IMG/VR virus record: IMGVR_UViG_2744054895_000002
Location: 1-64,000 of that record
From: a virus
Taxonomy: Duplodnaviria > Caudoviricetes
Strand: one strand, 5' to 3'
DNA length: 64,000 nucleotides
The notes below the pieces were generated by a model that was not told where the DNA came from, made no database searches, and was given only the letters and a program-made list of their open reading frames with translations. This document shows positions 46,424 to 55,648 of this stretch, piece after piece; the stretch's first letter is position 1; each line of letters opens with the position of its first letter. Made by a program: the position numbers and the translations under genes.

Positions 46424-47319
46424 AGCCGGACCTCAAGGAGTGGCAGATCGACTTCTCGGGAGTGCTGCTCGGCCATGGAACGTCCGTAGCGGTCTCCGAT
46501 GTCGAAGGACTCGGCGCTGCCGAGCTGCGTACCCAAGACGTGCTGAACCCTGCCGACGACGGCGCGTTTCCCGGCGTGGATCTCTACTCACCGCGCACGG
46601 TGCGGATCGAAGCCGGAATCCGGGCCGCGGGCGACCCCGCCACGGCCCTGGACAAGCTCGCCGAGATAGAGGCAGTCGCAGCGGATACGGCAATCCGCCG
46701 CACCGCCGGCGCACTCGCCCAGCTGCGGCTGCGCTGGCCCGGACGCGCCACGAAGGTCCTGTTCGGCCGCATCCGGCGCGCCGAAGCGGTTTCCACATCT
46801 CAGGTCATTCACGGATGGATTCCACTGGACCTTGAGTTCACCGCCCTCGACCCGCGCATGCACGACGACGAGATCTCCAGCGTCATCCTGCCCTTGGACA
46901 TCTCGCACAGCGGCGGTGGCTTCAAGGCGCCCGTCGTAGCCCCCATCACCACGGGCATCGCAACCCCGGAGACCAGGCCGGGATGGCTGATCAACGAGGG
47001 CGACACCGGGGCGTGGCCCTCCATCCGGATCACCGGCCCCGTCGCGAACCCGCGCATCGTGCACGTCGAGACCGGGCGCGTCTTGAACCTGGACATCACC
47101 CTTGGCACCGGTGAGCGCATCGACATCGAAACCCGCCCCGGTACCCGCTGGGTGCTCCGTAACGGCAGCGGAAACGCCGCCCCGGCCCTGTCCGGAGCTT
47201 CGCGCCTGGATCTCTTCCAGATCCCTCCGGGCCGCAGCGAAATCCGCTGGACGGCCTCGGACTACACCAACACCACCCGCCTGACCGTCTCGTGGCGGTC
47301 GGCGTGGATCGCTCTGTAA
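46420..47319 (+). CDS. Distal tail protein (Dit-like)
   Basis: FTALDP, NEGD..WPSIRITGPVANP, IPPGRSEI motifs; follows the tape measure. Confidence 0.8.
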   Translation: MKPDLKEWQIDFSGVLLGHGTSVAVSDVEGLGAAELRTQDVLNPADDGAFPGVDLYSPRTVRIEAGIRAAGDPATALDKLAEIEAVAADTAIRRTAGALAQLRLRWPGRATKVLFGRIRRAEAVSTSQVIHGWIPLDLEFTALDPRMHDDEISSVILPLDISHSGGGFKAPVVAPITTGIATPETRPGWLINEGDTGAWPSIRITGPVANPRIVHVETGRVLNLDITLGTGERIDIETRPGTRWVLRNGSGNAAPALSGASRLDLFQIPPGRSEIRWTASDYTNTTRLTVSWRSAWIAL

Positions 47320-47335
47320 GAAGGAGGATCTTGCT

Positions 47336-48265
47336 GTGACGCTCGTCCAGCCACCCATGCTCACCCATGGCGGCACTCACCCGGCCCGAGCCTTTCGCAT
47401 GATGGTCAGAGACCTCGCCCGCGGCTCTCAAGGCGTGACGGAGGCCAACGATCTCAAGGTCAGACAGCTCTCCACACCCGGTTCTGCCGTCCGGGTCGGC
47501 GACGGCTCGTCTGTCATACGCGGCGCCTCATGGGGGCAAGGCTCCTACACGCAGTACAACGTGGGCGACGCCATCGTGCCCGTCGCGCCGACTGGTGCCA
47601 CCGGTCGGTCGGACCTCCTGGTTCAGCGCATCGAGGACCCCGAGTATGAAGGCAACCGGGACCCGGCCAAGGACGACATCGGCTACTTCCAGGTGATCCC
47701 CAACGTATCGGCGACCGCAAGGGCGGTGCCCGCCGGGATGACCGCCATCCCGCTGGCCCGACTCGACATCCCGCCGAACACGGCGACCATCACGGACGCG
47801 ATGATCAAAGATCTGCGGAGCATAGCCAACCCGCGACGCGAGCGTCGGCTCTACACGGCTTTCCCGGGCAGCCTGTCGAGGCTCACCTACCAGGACAGCA
47901 AGTGGCACACATGGCCCACCGCCGCGCGATGGACCATCCCGGTGCCCGACTGGGCCGTGAACATCAAGGCCGTCACCACCTTCGCCGGACTACGTATGGA
48001 CAGCGCGGACGTCTTCGCTTCAATGCAGCAGGTCTTCGGCACCGTCCAGGGGCAGAACACCGTCATCGACGACGACCAGGGCAAGAACGTCCGCCGGTGC
48101 ACCGTCGTTCTGGCCGACAACATCACGGTCACGGCCGCCATGCGGGGTAACAACCAAGCCCTGTACGTGCAGACCTACATGTCCAAGAGCGAGACCGGCA
48201 ACCTCAGCGTGGACGGTTCCACCTCGCTCATCTGCGACGTGGAGTTCAACGAGGGCGTCATCTGA
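47336..48265 (+). CDS. Minor tail / baseplate protein
   Basis: RSDLLV, IPLARLDIP..ITDAMIKDLR motifs; AAGGAGG SD. Confidence 0.7.
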   Translation: MTLVQPPMLTHGGTHPARAFRMMVRDLARGSQGVTEANDLKVRQLSTPGSAVRVGDGSSVIRGASWGQGSYTQYNVGDAIVPVAPTGATGRSDLLVQRIEDPEYEGNRDPAKDDIGYFQVIPNVSATARAVPAGMTAIPLARLDIPPNTATITDAMIKDLRSIANPRRERRLYTAFPGSLSRLTYQDSKWHTWPTAARWTIPVPDWAVNIKAVTTFAGLRMDSADVFASMQQVFGTVQGQNTVIDDDQGKNVRRCTVVLADNITVTAAMRGNNQALYVQTYMSKSETGNLSVDGSTSLICDVEFNEGVI

Positions 48266-48267
48266 CG

Positions 48268-49353
48268 ATGTCGTACCGCTACCTGACCACGCATGCCCTC
48301 ACCGGTGACACCCTTGCGTGGGACCTTCCGCTCACCGAAGTCGAGTTTGGCCCGGAACTATGCGGGCCTGGCAGCTTCACGGGCGTCATCGAACCCAGGC
48401 TGGCCAACCTCACGGCCAAGCAAGTTGATCCCGGAACTACGCTGATCTACGCGGAACGGGACCGCACCCTGCTCTGGGGCGGCATCATCTGGCGTGCCGA
48501 ACCCGAGGGGCAGAAGCTCCGCTTGGAGGCGAGCGGCTTCGGCTCCTACCTCACCAAGCGCACCGACCTGCACGGCAACCTCAACGGCCGCGGGCCGTGG
48601 GTCAACGCAGACCCCTGCCGCGTCATCCGCGACGTCTGGGCATACTGCCAGTCCCAGCCCGACGGAGACCTGGACGTGACGGTCGACGCGACGACGTCCA
48701 AGGCCAAAATCGGCACACCAGCAGAGCCCTACTCAACCCCTTGGTGGGAGGCGCCGCCCCTCAGCAAGGTTATCGACGACATGGTGGCCGTGGCAGGCGG
48801 ACCCGAGTGGACCGAGTCCGTTGCATGGTCCGGCGACACCCCCACGCAGCGCATCCGGATCGGGTGGCCACGCCTGGGAACCAGGCGGCAGGACATCAGC
48901 TTCACTTCGGGCATCAACGTCACCTCCACGGTTCCGGTGGAGTATGACGCGGACAGCTACGCCCAGGTCGTCATCGGCTTGGGCGCCGGCGAAGGCCGCT
49001 CACGACGCCGTGTCGTTGACGCGGCGCGCAACGGCCGTCTGCGCCTGGAGCAGATACTCGAGATACCCACCGAGAAGGCCAACGACCGGCTTGCCGCGCG
49101 CACCCGCACCGAGCGCGTGAACCGGTCGGTCATCGGCGAGGTCACCGAGGTTGTTCTCCGCGACCATCCGGCCGCCCGCATCGGAGCCTTCCAGATCGGC
49201 GACGACGTGCGTGTGCGCCTGAACGACGAGTGGTCGGAATACGACGGCTGGTCCCGCATCACGGGCTGGACCCTCAAGCCGCCGGCCGGTGACGAGCCGG
49301 AGCAAGTCACGGTGCAACTGGCGCGGGCAGACCGCTACACCTACGGAGCCTGA
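48268..49353 (+). CDS. Minor tail protein (baseplate hub-like)
   Basis: LWGGIIW, GAGEG, FQIGDDVRV motifs; position. Confidence 0.7.
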   Translation: MSYRYLTTHALTGDTLAWDLPLTEVEFGPELCGPGSFTGVIEPRLANLTAKQVDPGTTLIYAERDRTLLWGGIIWRAEPEGQKLRLEASGFGSYLTKRTDLHGNLNGRGPWVNADPCRVIRDVWAYCQSQPDGDLDVTVDATTSKAKIGTPAEPYSTPWWEAPPLSKVIDDMVAVAGGPEWTESVAWSGDTPTQRIRIGWPRLGTRRQDISFTSGINVTSTVPVEYDADSYAQVVIGLGAGEGRSRRRVVDAARNGRLRLEQILEIPTEKANDRLAARTRTERVNRSVIGEVTEVVLRDHPAARIGAFQIGDDVRVRLNDEWSEYDGWSRITGWTLKPPAGDEPEQVTVQLARADRYTYGA

Positions 49354-49355
49354 GC

Positions 49356-51536
49356 ATGACCAACCAGATCGCCAGCCTGGCCGCCCGCCTGGCCGCGGTA
49401 GAGCGGCGCCTCGACAGCACGAGTCGCACCGCCCAGCTCGCCTACTCCTCCATCGAGAACGGCGCGATCGACGTGTTCGATGAGGACGGTTCCCTGCGGG
49501 CGGTGATCGGCCAGCAGCCAGACGGCACGACCGGACTGAACGTGGTCAACGGCCCTCCGCCGCCGCAGCCCACCGCCCCTACCCTCACCTCCTCAATCGG
49601 CGGCGTCACCGTCGGCTGGGGCGGCCGCTTCACCGGCGACGGCCCCGTGCCCTTGGACTGGGCCAGACTCGAAATCCATGCGGCCGACGTGGACTTTGTC
49701 CCGGACGCATCCACCCTGCGCGCCACCATCGAATCTCCCCAGGGCGGAACCTTCACCATCACGGCCGAGACCCCCGTCTACGTTCGGCTGGTCGCACGCA
49801 ACACCTCCGGCACAGCGTCGCTCCCATCACCGTCCGCAGGGCCCCTCGGGCGGGTTCCGGTGGTTGCCGAGGCCGTGCTTGACGGCATCGTCGGCGAACT
49901 GGCGCTGGCGGATGCCGCCGTCAGCCGCAGCAAGATCGCCGTGGGAGCCGTTGACGCCGACCGTTTGGCCATCGGCACCGGCAACCTTCTGCCGGACGCC
50001 AGCTTCGAGGGCGCTTACTCCCAGAACCTGGTAGCCGACAGCCCTGTCTGGCAGATCGCGGGCCCGGGGAACAACTCGGCCCGGTGCCTAACTGTTGACG
50101 CCAAAGCCGCGTCGCCGACAACGCGCAGCCAGCAGCTCACTACGCTTCCCGCTTCGCCCGGCGACCACTTCTTCCTCGCCATCGACTACCGCAGCAGCGC
50201 GGACTGGTCCGGACTCGCCCCGAAGTTCTACTTGTGCTGGCAGGACGCCGTCGGCCTTCCCATCGGCTACGGCGTCGTCCAGGGGACGGCAGCGCCCGTC
50301 ACGGCCTGGACGCGCATGAGCAGGCAGGTGCAAGCTCCAGCCAACACGGTCAGCGCCGCCGTATGGGTCGAGTCCTTTCAGGCCAACACGGGGAACCTGT
50401 CGTTCGACAATGCAGAGATTCGTACGGTCGTCACAGCCGGGGTTGTGCTGGCAGGTTCCATCAGCGGGGACGAGCTGGCCGCGAACTCAATCACTGGTGA
50501 GAAGGTCGTCGCTCAGAGCATCACTGGGCGTGAGGTGAAGTTCCAGTCCCTCACCGGTGACCATCTGGACGTCAACTCCGCCCGTATTGCACTTCTCACG
50601 TCCGGCGTCATCACCGCCGACATGCTCATGGCCGACGCGCTGAACGGCAAGACGATTACGGGCGGCCACATCATCGGTGTGGAGATCGACGGTGCCGCTC
50701 TCCGCACCGCCGACACAGGCAGCCGCGTGGAGATTACGTCTGTCCCGGCCACCGACACCACGCCGTCCTCGGGGCGGGTGCGCCTCTACTCCGGTTCCAC
50801 CACGGAGGTGGAACCGGCGTCCATGTACTCCCTGTATGACGCGGCCACCAACACATCTACGCTCCACCTCCAGTCGGCCGTTCTGAATACGCCCGTCTTG
50901 AGCGGCGTGGTAGGTCCCATGTCGCCTACGCCCGACTGGCCGACCTCCGCGATCACCATGTGGTCCGAGCCCAATACCGCCTATCTCAACCTGAGCGCCA
51001 CCGAGGCGAACGTCGACGCGGTCACCACCGTGATCGGCAGCCCTCCCTACTACCAAGTGGTGGTCAGATCCGGCGTGATCAGCGCGCAAACCAGCGCGGG
51101 CGTCGACGCGAACCTGTACCTCAACAGGATGCTCGGCGTAGACCCGAGTGGCTGGATCAGCCGGTCCAACGAGGACTGGAAGACCCCCACGCTTTCATCA
51201 GGCTGGAGCCACTACGGCGGTACCTGGGACCGAGTGGCGTACAAGATCTATCCGGACCGGACGGTCGGACTGCGAGGGCTGGTCAAGCGCACGTCGAAGG
51301 ACCCTGCGTCTGGCGGCGAAATCGTCATCGTCCTGCCAGCTTCCGCGAGGCCAACGACCACCAACACGCAACAGTTCTCAGTCCTCGTCCCCCAGAACGG
51401 CTCCGCCTTGACGCTGAACATCAACCCGTCGAGCGGCATCGTCACTCTGGCCAACATCACCTCGGGCGCCGCCACCGCTCTGGCTTCCGGCTCGGCCTAC
51501 TTGAACCTGAGCGGCATCCGCTTCCCCCTCGACTGA
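49356..51536 (+). CDS. Tail fibre / receptor-binding protein
   Basis: 726 aa; NLLPDASFE carbohydrate-binding-like module, (I/V)xxxx(I/L) repeats, C-terminal VGLRGLV..LPASARP module. Confidence 0.75.
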   Translation: MTNQIASLAARLAAVERRLDSTSRTAQLAYSSIENGAIDVFDEDGSLRAVIGQQPDGTTGLNVVNGPPPPQPTAPTLTSSIGGVTVGWGGRFTGDGPVPLDWARLEIHAADVDFVPDASTLRATIESPQGGTFTITAETPVYVRLVARNTSGTASLPSPSAGPLGRVPVVAEAVLDGIVGELALADAAVSRSKIAVGAVDADRLAIGTGNLLPDASFEGAYSQNLVADSPVWQIAGPGNNSARCLTVDAKAASPTTRSQQLTTLPASPGDHFFLAIDYRSSADWSGLAPKFYLCWQDAVGLPIGYGVVQGTAAPVTAWTRMSRQVQAPANTVSAAVWVESFQANTGNLSFDNAEIRTVVTAGVVLAGSISGDELAANSITGEKVVAQSITGREVKFQSLTGDHLDVNSARIALLTSGVITADMLMADALNGKTITGGHIIGVEIDGAALRTADTGSRVEITSVPATDTTPSSGRVRLYSGSTTEVEPASMYSLYDAATNTSTLHLQSAVLNTPVLSGVVGPMSPTPDWPTSAITMWSEPNTAYLNLSATEANVDAVTTVIGSPPYYQVVVRSGVISAQTSAGVDANLYLNRMLGVDPSGWISRSNEDWKTPTLSSGWSHYGGTWDRVAYKIYPDRTVGLRGLVKRTSKDPASGGEIVIVLPASARPTTTNTQQFSVLVPQNGSALTLNINPSSGIVTLANITSGAATALASGSAYLNLSGIRFPLD

Positions 51537-51624
51537 CACCGCAAGGCCATGAACCGGGGTCGCCCCGCTCCGGCCGTATGATCAAGGCGTGGCGCGGGGC
51601 CACCGATCGCCGAGGGAGTACGCG

Positions 51625-51984
51625 GTGAGCATCCCGCCGCCAGGCGCCGAACCCACCCTGTGGGAGCTGCACCGCGCCGTCGTCCAGTTGCGCGAGGACC
51701 AGCGCGACGACCTCGCACAGCTCCGCGACGATCTGCGCAGTGACATCGCAGCCCTGGCGAACCGCTTGAACCAGGTGGTCACCGTGGATGTGTACCGCGC
51801 CGATCAGCGCAACCTCTCACTGCGCATCGACTCTCTCGAACGCGAGCTGGAGACGGTGAAGAACGAGCGTGACCAGGACCGCGAACAGGCGAGTACCAAC
51901 CGACGCCTGATCATCTCCGCTTTCGTCGCGCCGGTGCTGCTGGCCGTGCTGCAACTGCTGCTCGCTGCGCGCGGCAGCCCCTAG
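51625..51984 (+). CDS. Coiled-coil protein with C-terminal TM helix (lysis cassette)
   Basis: GTG after GAGGGAG; single C-terminal hydrophobic helix; upstream of the endolysin. Confidence 0.65.
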   Translation: MSIPPPGAEPTLWELHRAVVQLREDQRDDLAQLRDDLRSDIAALANRLNQVVTVDVYRADQRNLSLRIDSLERELETVKNERDQDREQASTNRRLIISAFVAPVLLAVLQLLLAARGSP

Positions 51985-52042
51985 AGAACACCCACCTCAC
52001 CCAAGATCGCCCATGGCGCGGGGGAGAAGCAGGACGCGCCTC

Positions 52043-52888
52043 ATGCCCGATCTCTGGCTATCCGGAGCCGAGCGACACCCGCTCCGCGACACGGCACCGA
52101 CTGACACCAAGTACGCCCCGCGCGTGATCTGGCACATCACCTGGGACAAGAACGCCACGGCGGCCAAGCCCGCCGACCTTGTCCCGTTCGACCAGCTCGT
52201 CCGGTACTTCACCGGCGGCGGCAGCGGTGCCGCACCACATCTGCTGTGGGACCCGTTCAGTGGAAGGACCGCCCAGTTCTACCCGGCCACCAGTCGGTCG
52301 AAGTCCGTTGTCGACACCGCCGGCGGCACCCGAACCAACCGCACGGGCCGGGTCTGCCTCCAGGTCGAGACGCTGTTCTTCCCTCACTGCCGGGTGAACG
52401 GGCGGTCGTACGCGACCGTCCGCGACACGCCAGCCAAGGGCCTCGACAAGATCCTGGCGTGGACCCGGAGCTGGGGCGTGCCCGACGCCTGGCCGATGGG
52501 CGCCCCGACCTGGAGCGCACACCGCAACGAGCACTCCTGGGAGACCGAGGGCGGGCACTACGGCCACGGCCAGGTGCCCGAGAACCAGCACACCGACCCA
52601 GGCCCCATGCCGAAGTGGCCCACCACTGGGACGACGCCCAAGCCGGGAACGCCGCCGTTCCCCGGCCGCAGTGTCTTCGGGCCCGGCAAGTCGAACGCGT
52701 CGATCCTTCTGCTGGGCCAGCAGCTCGTCCGGAGGGGATTCGGAAAGCACTACAAGATCGGCCCGTCCCGCGACTGGGGCGAGGCGGACCGCCTGAACGT
52801 CAGGGACTTCCAACTCGCCCAGAAGTGGACCGGTTCCGACGCCGACGGCTTCCCCGGACCGCAGACCTGGGCCCGCCTCTTCGGCTGA
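52043..52888 (+). CDS. Endolysin (amidase-like domain plus peptidoglycan-binding domain)
   Basis: VIWHIT, GHYGHGQVPENQHTDPG amidase-2-like motifs; C-terminal FQLAQKW..ADGFPGPQTW. Confidence 0.88.
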   Translation: MPDLWLSGAERHPLRDTAPTDTKYAPRVIWHITWDKNATAAKPADLVPFDQLVRYFTGGGSGAAPHLLWDPFSGRTAQFYPATSRSKSVVDTAGGTRTNRTGRVCLQVETLFFPHCRVNGRSYATVRDTPAKGLDKILAWTRSWGVPDAWPMGAPTWSAHRNEHSWETEGGHYGHGQVPENQHTDPGPMPKWPTTGTTPKPGTPPFPGRSVFGPGKSNASILLLGQQLVRRGFGKHYKIGPSRDWGEADRLNVRDFQLAQKWTGSDADGFPGPQTWARLFG

Positions 52889-52917
52889 TCCACCCGTCCC
52901 AAGTAAGGAGTCACCTC

Positions 52918-53172
52918 ATGAATCTGTACGCCTCGCTGCTGCGCACCGGAGTTCCGGCCGCGGTCGGCTGGCTCGTCGCGGTAGCCCTGCGGCACGGCCT
53001 CGACTTGGACGCGACCGCCGTCACCGGGGTGCTGACCCCACTCGCGACCTTCGCGTACTACGGGGTCTTCCGTTTCGCGGAGGAGCACCTCTCGTCCCGA
53101 TTCGGCTGGCTGCTCGGCTACGCGCGCCCGCCGAAATACGAATCGGCGCCGCTTCCTCTGCCGAGAGCCTGA
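52918..53172 (+). CDS. Holin
   Basis: 84 aa with two TM helices after the endolysin; LRTGVPAAVGWL and GWLLG..PPKY; TAAGGAG SD. Confidence 0.75.
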   Translation: MNLYASLLRTGVPAAVGWLVAVALRHGLDLDATAVTGVLTPLATFAYYGVFRFAEEHLSSRFGWLLGYARPPKYESAPLPLPRA

Positions 53173-53215
53173 CCGAGAAGGCGTGACGCCGAGCAATCGG
53201 CGAGTCAGCAAGGGA

Positions 53216-53245
53216 GAAGGCCCCTGTCTCACGACGGGGGCCTTC
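53216..53245 (+). terminator. Stem-loop ending the late region
   Basis: GAAGGCCCCTGTC-tcac-GACGGGGGCCTTC. Confidence 0.7.
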
Positions 53246-53351
53246 GACCTCTTGGAAGCACTCACACTACCGGACCTCCAAGCGGTTGTGGATCTCCATC
53301 CCGCACTGGTTACTATCTATATGCAACGTTCCGCGATCTGGAGGCGATGGA

Positions 53352-53939
53352 GTGGCCGGGGATGACAGGCCCGAGGTGAGGAAGCCGTACCTGGTCGGTG
53401 GGGCTGAGTTTGCCGCGCTGTACGACGTGAAGCGGCTCCAGGTCAGCCAGTGGATCAGCCGGGATCACACGCTCGACTACCAGTACGCCAAGATCATCAG
53501 TGGGTCGCCCTACTGGCTCCTTCGGTTCGCCACGCGGTTCGGGGAGACGACGCCGCGGCGTCGGGAGCTTAACGGAGCGGAACTCTCGCGAATCCAGCGG
53601 CAACAGTCCCCCGGGTACTGGGTCAGCGAGGTCGCCGACCTCCCCCCTCTGGTGGGGCAGGGGGAACTGGTGGCCCTCTTCCGGTTGTCATCCGGCGCAC
53701 TCCTGCGGAAGGCGATCAAGACGGGCCGGTTCCGTCCCGCCGACTACACCCTGTCCGGGTCGCCGATCTGGCTCTTGGAGCCAGTGGTCGAAGACGCGCC
53801 CGTGCTCCAGGCTGGGGCGCGCGGAGTGGAGTGGGCGATTGACGAGCGGGTCTTGGTCGCTCTGCGTGACGGTAGCTATGACGGACCCGGGTCCAGGATC
53901 GTGCCACGCGGTAAGGCGGCGCGCCAACCAATCGAGTAA
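53352..53939 (+). CDS. Tandem winged-HTH (AlpA/Xis-like) DNA-binding protein, candidate repressor
   Basis: Two internal repeats LVGxxExxAL..SGSP(Y/I)WLL; flanked by copies of the TGCATATAGA motif. Confidence 0.65.
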   Translation: MAGDDRPEVRKPYLVGGAEFAALYDVKRLQVSQWISRDHTLDYQYAKIISGSPYWLLRFATRFGETTPRRRELNGAELSRIQRQQSPGYWVSEVADLPPLVGQGELVALFRLSSGALLRKAIKTGRFRPADYTLSGSPIWLLEPVVEDAPVLQAGARGVEWAIDERVLVALRDGSYDGPGSRIVPRGKAARQPIE

Positions 53940-53963
53940 CCCCAGGTCAGCGGCGTCTTGGTC

Positions 53964-53998
53964 TTGATTCACTCCCTTAATGCATATAGAATAGAAGT
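53964..53998 (+). promoter_or_regulatory. Early promoter/operator copy 2
   Basis: TTGATT-17-TAGAAT with TGCATATAGAATAGAAGT. Confidence 0.75.
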
Positions 53999-54157
53999 GC
54001 ACTCAAGGGGGTGCGCTTCTGTTTGGTTGAGGGGTGTTTATGCGGTGCTCCAGGGGTCCGTCGATGGGTGCTTGCTGGTGCTGTCGATCGACAATTTCCC
54101 CGTCCAGAGATAGATTCCAACACTTCAAGGTGTTCGTCTTATCTCTGAGGGGGAGCC

Positions 54158-54502
54158 TTGCTGATCGAACAGCCGCCGTTGTTCGGCACCATCCAGCCCG
54201 TTCGCCACCCTGCCGACGTCGGCAACCTGACCATCCAGCAGCGGTTCGAGGCATTCCACGCGCTCAACCCTTGGGTCCTCAGGGCGCTGGCCCGGATGAC
54301 CGCCGACTGCGCGGCGAAGGGGTTCGGCCGCATCGGCATCGGGATGCTCTTCGAGCTCCTGCGCTACCAGTACGGCGCGGCGACCCGAGGCGACGAGTTC
54401 GCGCTGAACAACGACTACCGCTCCCGGTACGTCCGGCTCTTGTTGGCCGAACACCCGGAGTGGTCCCCGCTTTTCGAAGTCCGAGCCCTGCGCACGGACT
54501 GA
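54158..54502 (+). CDS. Phage hypothetical protein
   Basis: TTG after GGGGGAG; FEAFHALNP..LNNDYRSRYVR. Confidence 0.7.
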   Translation: MLIEQPPLFGTIQPVRHPADVGNLTIQQRFEAFHALNPWVLRALARMTADCAAKGFGRIGIGMLFELLRYQYGAATRGDEFALNNDYRSRYVRLLLAEHPEWSPLFEVRALRTD

Positions 54503-54525
54503 CCACGACCTCTTGGAGCCAGATC

Positions 54526-55617
54526 GTGAACGCACCAGCGGGCGCCGCAAAGCCGCCCGTCATCAAGCTCAAGACCCGCAAGCCGACCGGCATCGTCCCG
54601 TGGCCCCTTCTCCTCATCGAGGGCGAGGAAGGTGCTGGCAAGACCTACTCGGCGGCCCAGTTCTCCAGCAGCGACCGCATCGGCCAGATGTACTGGATCG
54701 ACCTCGACGAGGGTTCGGCCGACGAATACGCGGCCATCGAGGGTGCCAACTATCTGATCATCGAGCACGACGGAACCTACCGAGACATCCTCGAACAGGT
54801 CGAAGCCGTGCACGCAGACGCGCGGCGCGCGGCGGCAGCCGGGGAACCGCCGGTCGTGCTGACCATCGACTCGGGGTCGGCCCTGTGGAGGATGCTCACC
54901 AACTGGACGTACGAGCGGGGCCGCAGGACGAGGAAGAACCGCGCGCTGCTCCATGAGGACCCGGACGCCGCCTACGACATCGGCCGGAACCTGTGGAACG
55001 ACGCGCTGGAGCGGTGGAACAGGATCATCTACCTGCTGCGCACCCTGCCCGGCATTTCCATCGTCCTGGCCCGCGGTAAGCAGGTCAGCGCGACGGACGA
55101 CAACGGCCAGCCGATCCAGAACAAGAGCGAGTGGAAGGTGGCGGCCCAGAAGGACCTGGGCTTCGACTCGACCTGCTGGGTGCGGATGAAGCGCAACGAT
55201 GACCCGCAGATCATCAAGGTCCGGTCGCTGCGGATGCGCGTGGAGCAGAAGAAGCCGCTGACGCTTCGGGACTTCAGCATCGAGGACCTGGTCTTCAACA
55301 AGCTCGGCTGCTCCGTCGACTCCCAGCCGCGCATTATGCCCGCGCTCTCCGGCGACCTGGTGCAGCCGTGGCTGACCCGCATCGCCGAGCTGAAGGACAA
55401 GGAAGCTCTCGGCGCGCTGTGGCGCTCCGTCCCGGACCCGGTCAACCGCCTCAGCCGGGAGGAGATCGCCACCGTCCGAGCCGCCGCCGAGCAGAGGGCG
55501 GCTGAACTGGACAACCCGCGCTCGGAGATGAGCGAGGGCCCACTGACCGACGCCGACAAGCTCCGCGCCGCCGCCAAGCGGAAGGCCGCCGAGCAGGACG
55601 CGGACGCCGAGCAGTGA
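54526..55617 (+). CDS. AAA-family ATPase (Sak4-like recombinase candidate)
   Basis: Walker A GEEGAGKT, Walker B LTIDSG; adjacent to an exonuclease; GTG after GGAG. Confidence 0.7.
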   Translation: MNAPAGAAKPPVIKLKTRKPTGIVPWPLLLIEGEEGAGKTYSAAQFSSSDRIGQMYWIDLDEGSADEYAAIEGANYLIIEHDGTYRDILEQVEAVHADARRAAAAGEPPVVLTIDSGSALWRMLTNWTYERGRRTRKNRALLHEDPDAAYDIGRNLWNDALERWNRIIYLLRTLPGISIVLARGKQVSATDDNGQPIQNKSEWKVAAQKDLGFDSTCWVRMKRNDDPQIIKVRSLRMRVEQKKPLTLRDFSIEDLVFNKLGCSVDSQPRIMPALSGDLVQPWLTRIAELKDKEALGALWRSVPDPVNRLSREEIATVRAAAEQRAAELDNPRSEMSEGPLTDADKLRAAAKRKAAEQDADAEQ

Positions 55618-55648
55618 CCGTCCTGCACTCACCTCTTGGAGAACTCCC

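Noticed and set aside
54034-54525. N-terminal extension of the 527-aa ATPase ORF
   Set aside because: It overlaps the better gene 54158..54502; GTG 54526 has the SD-containing motif.
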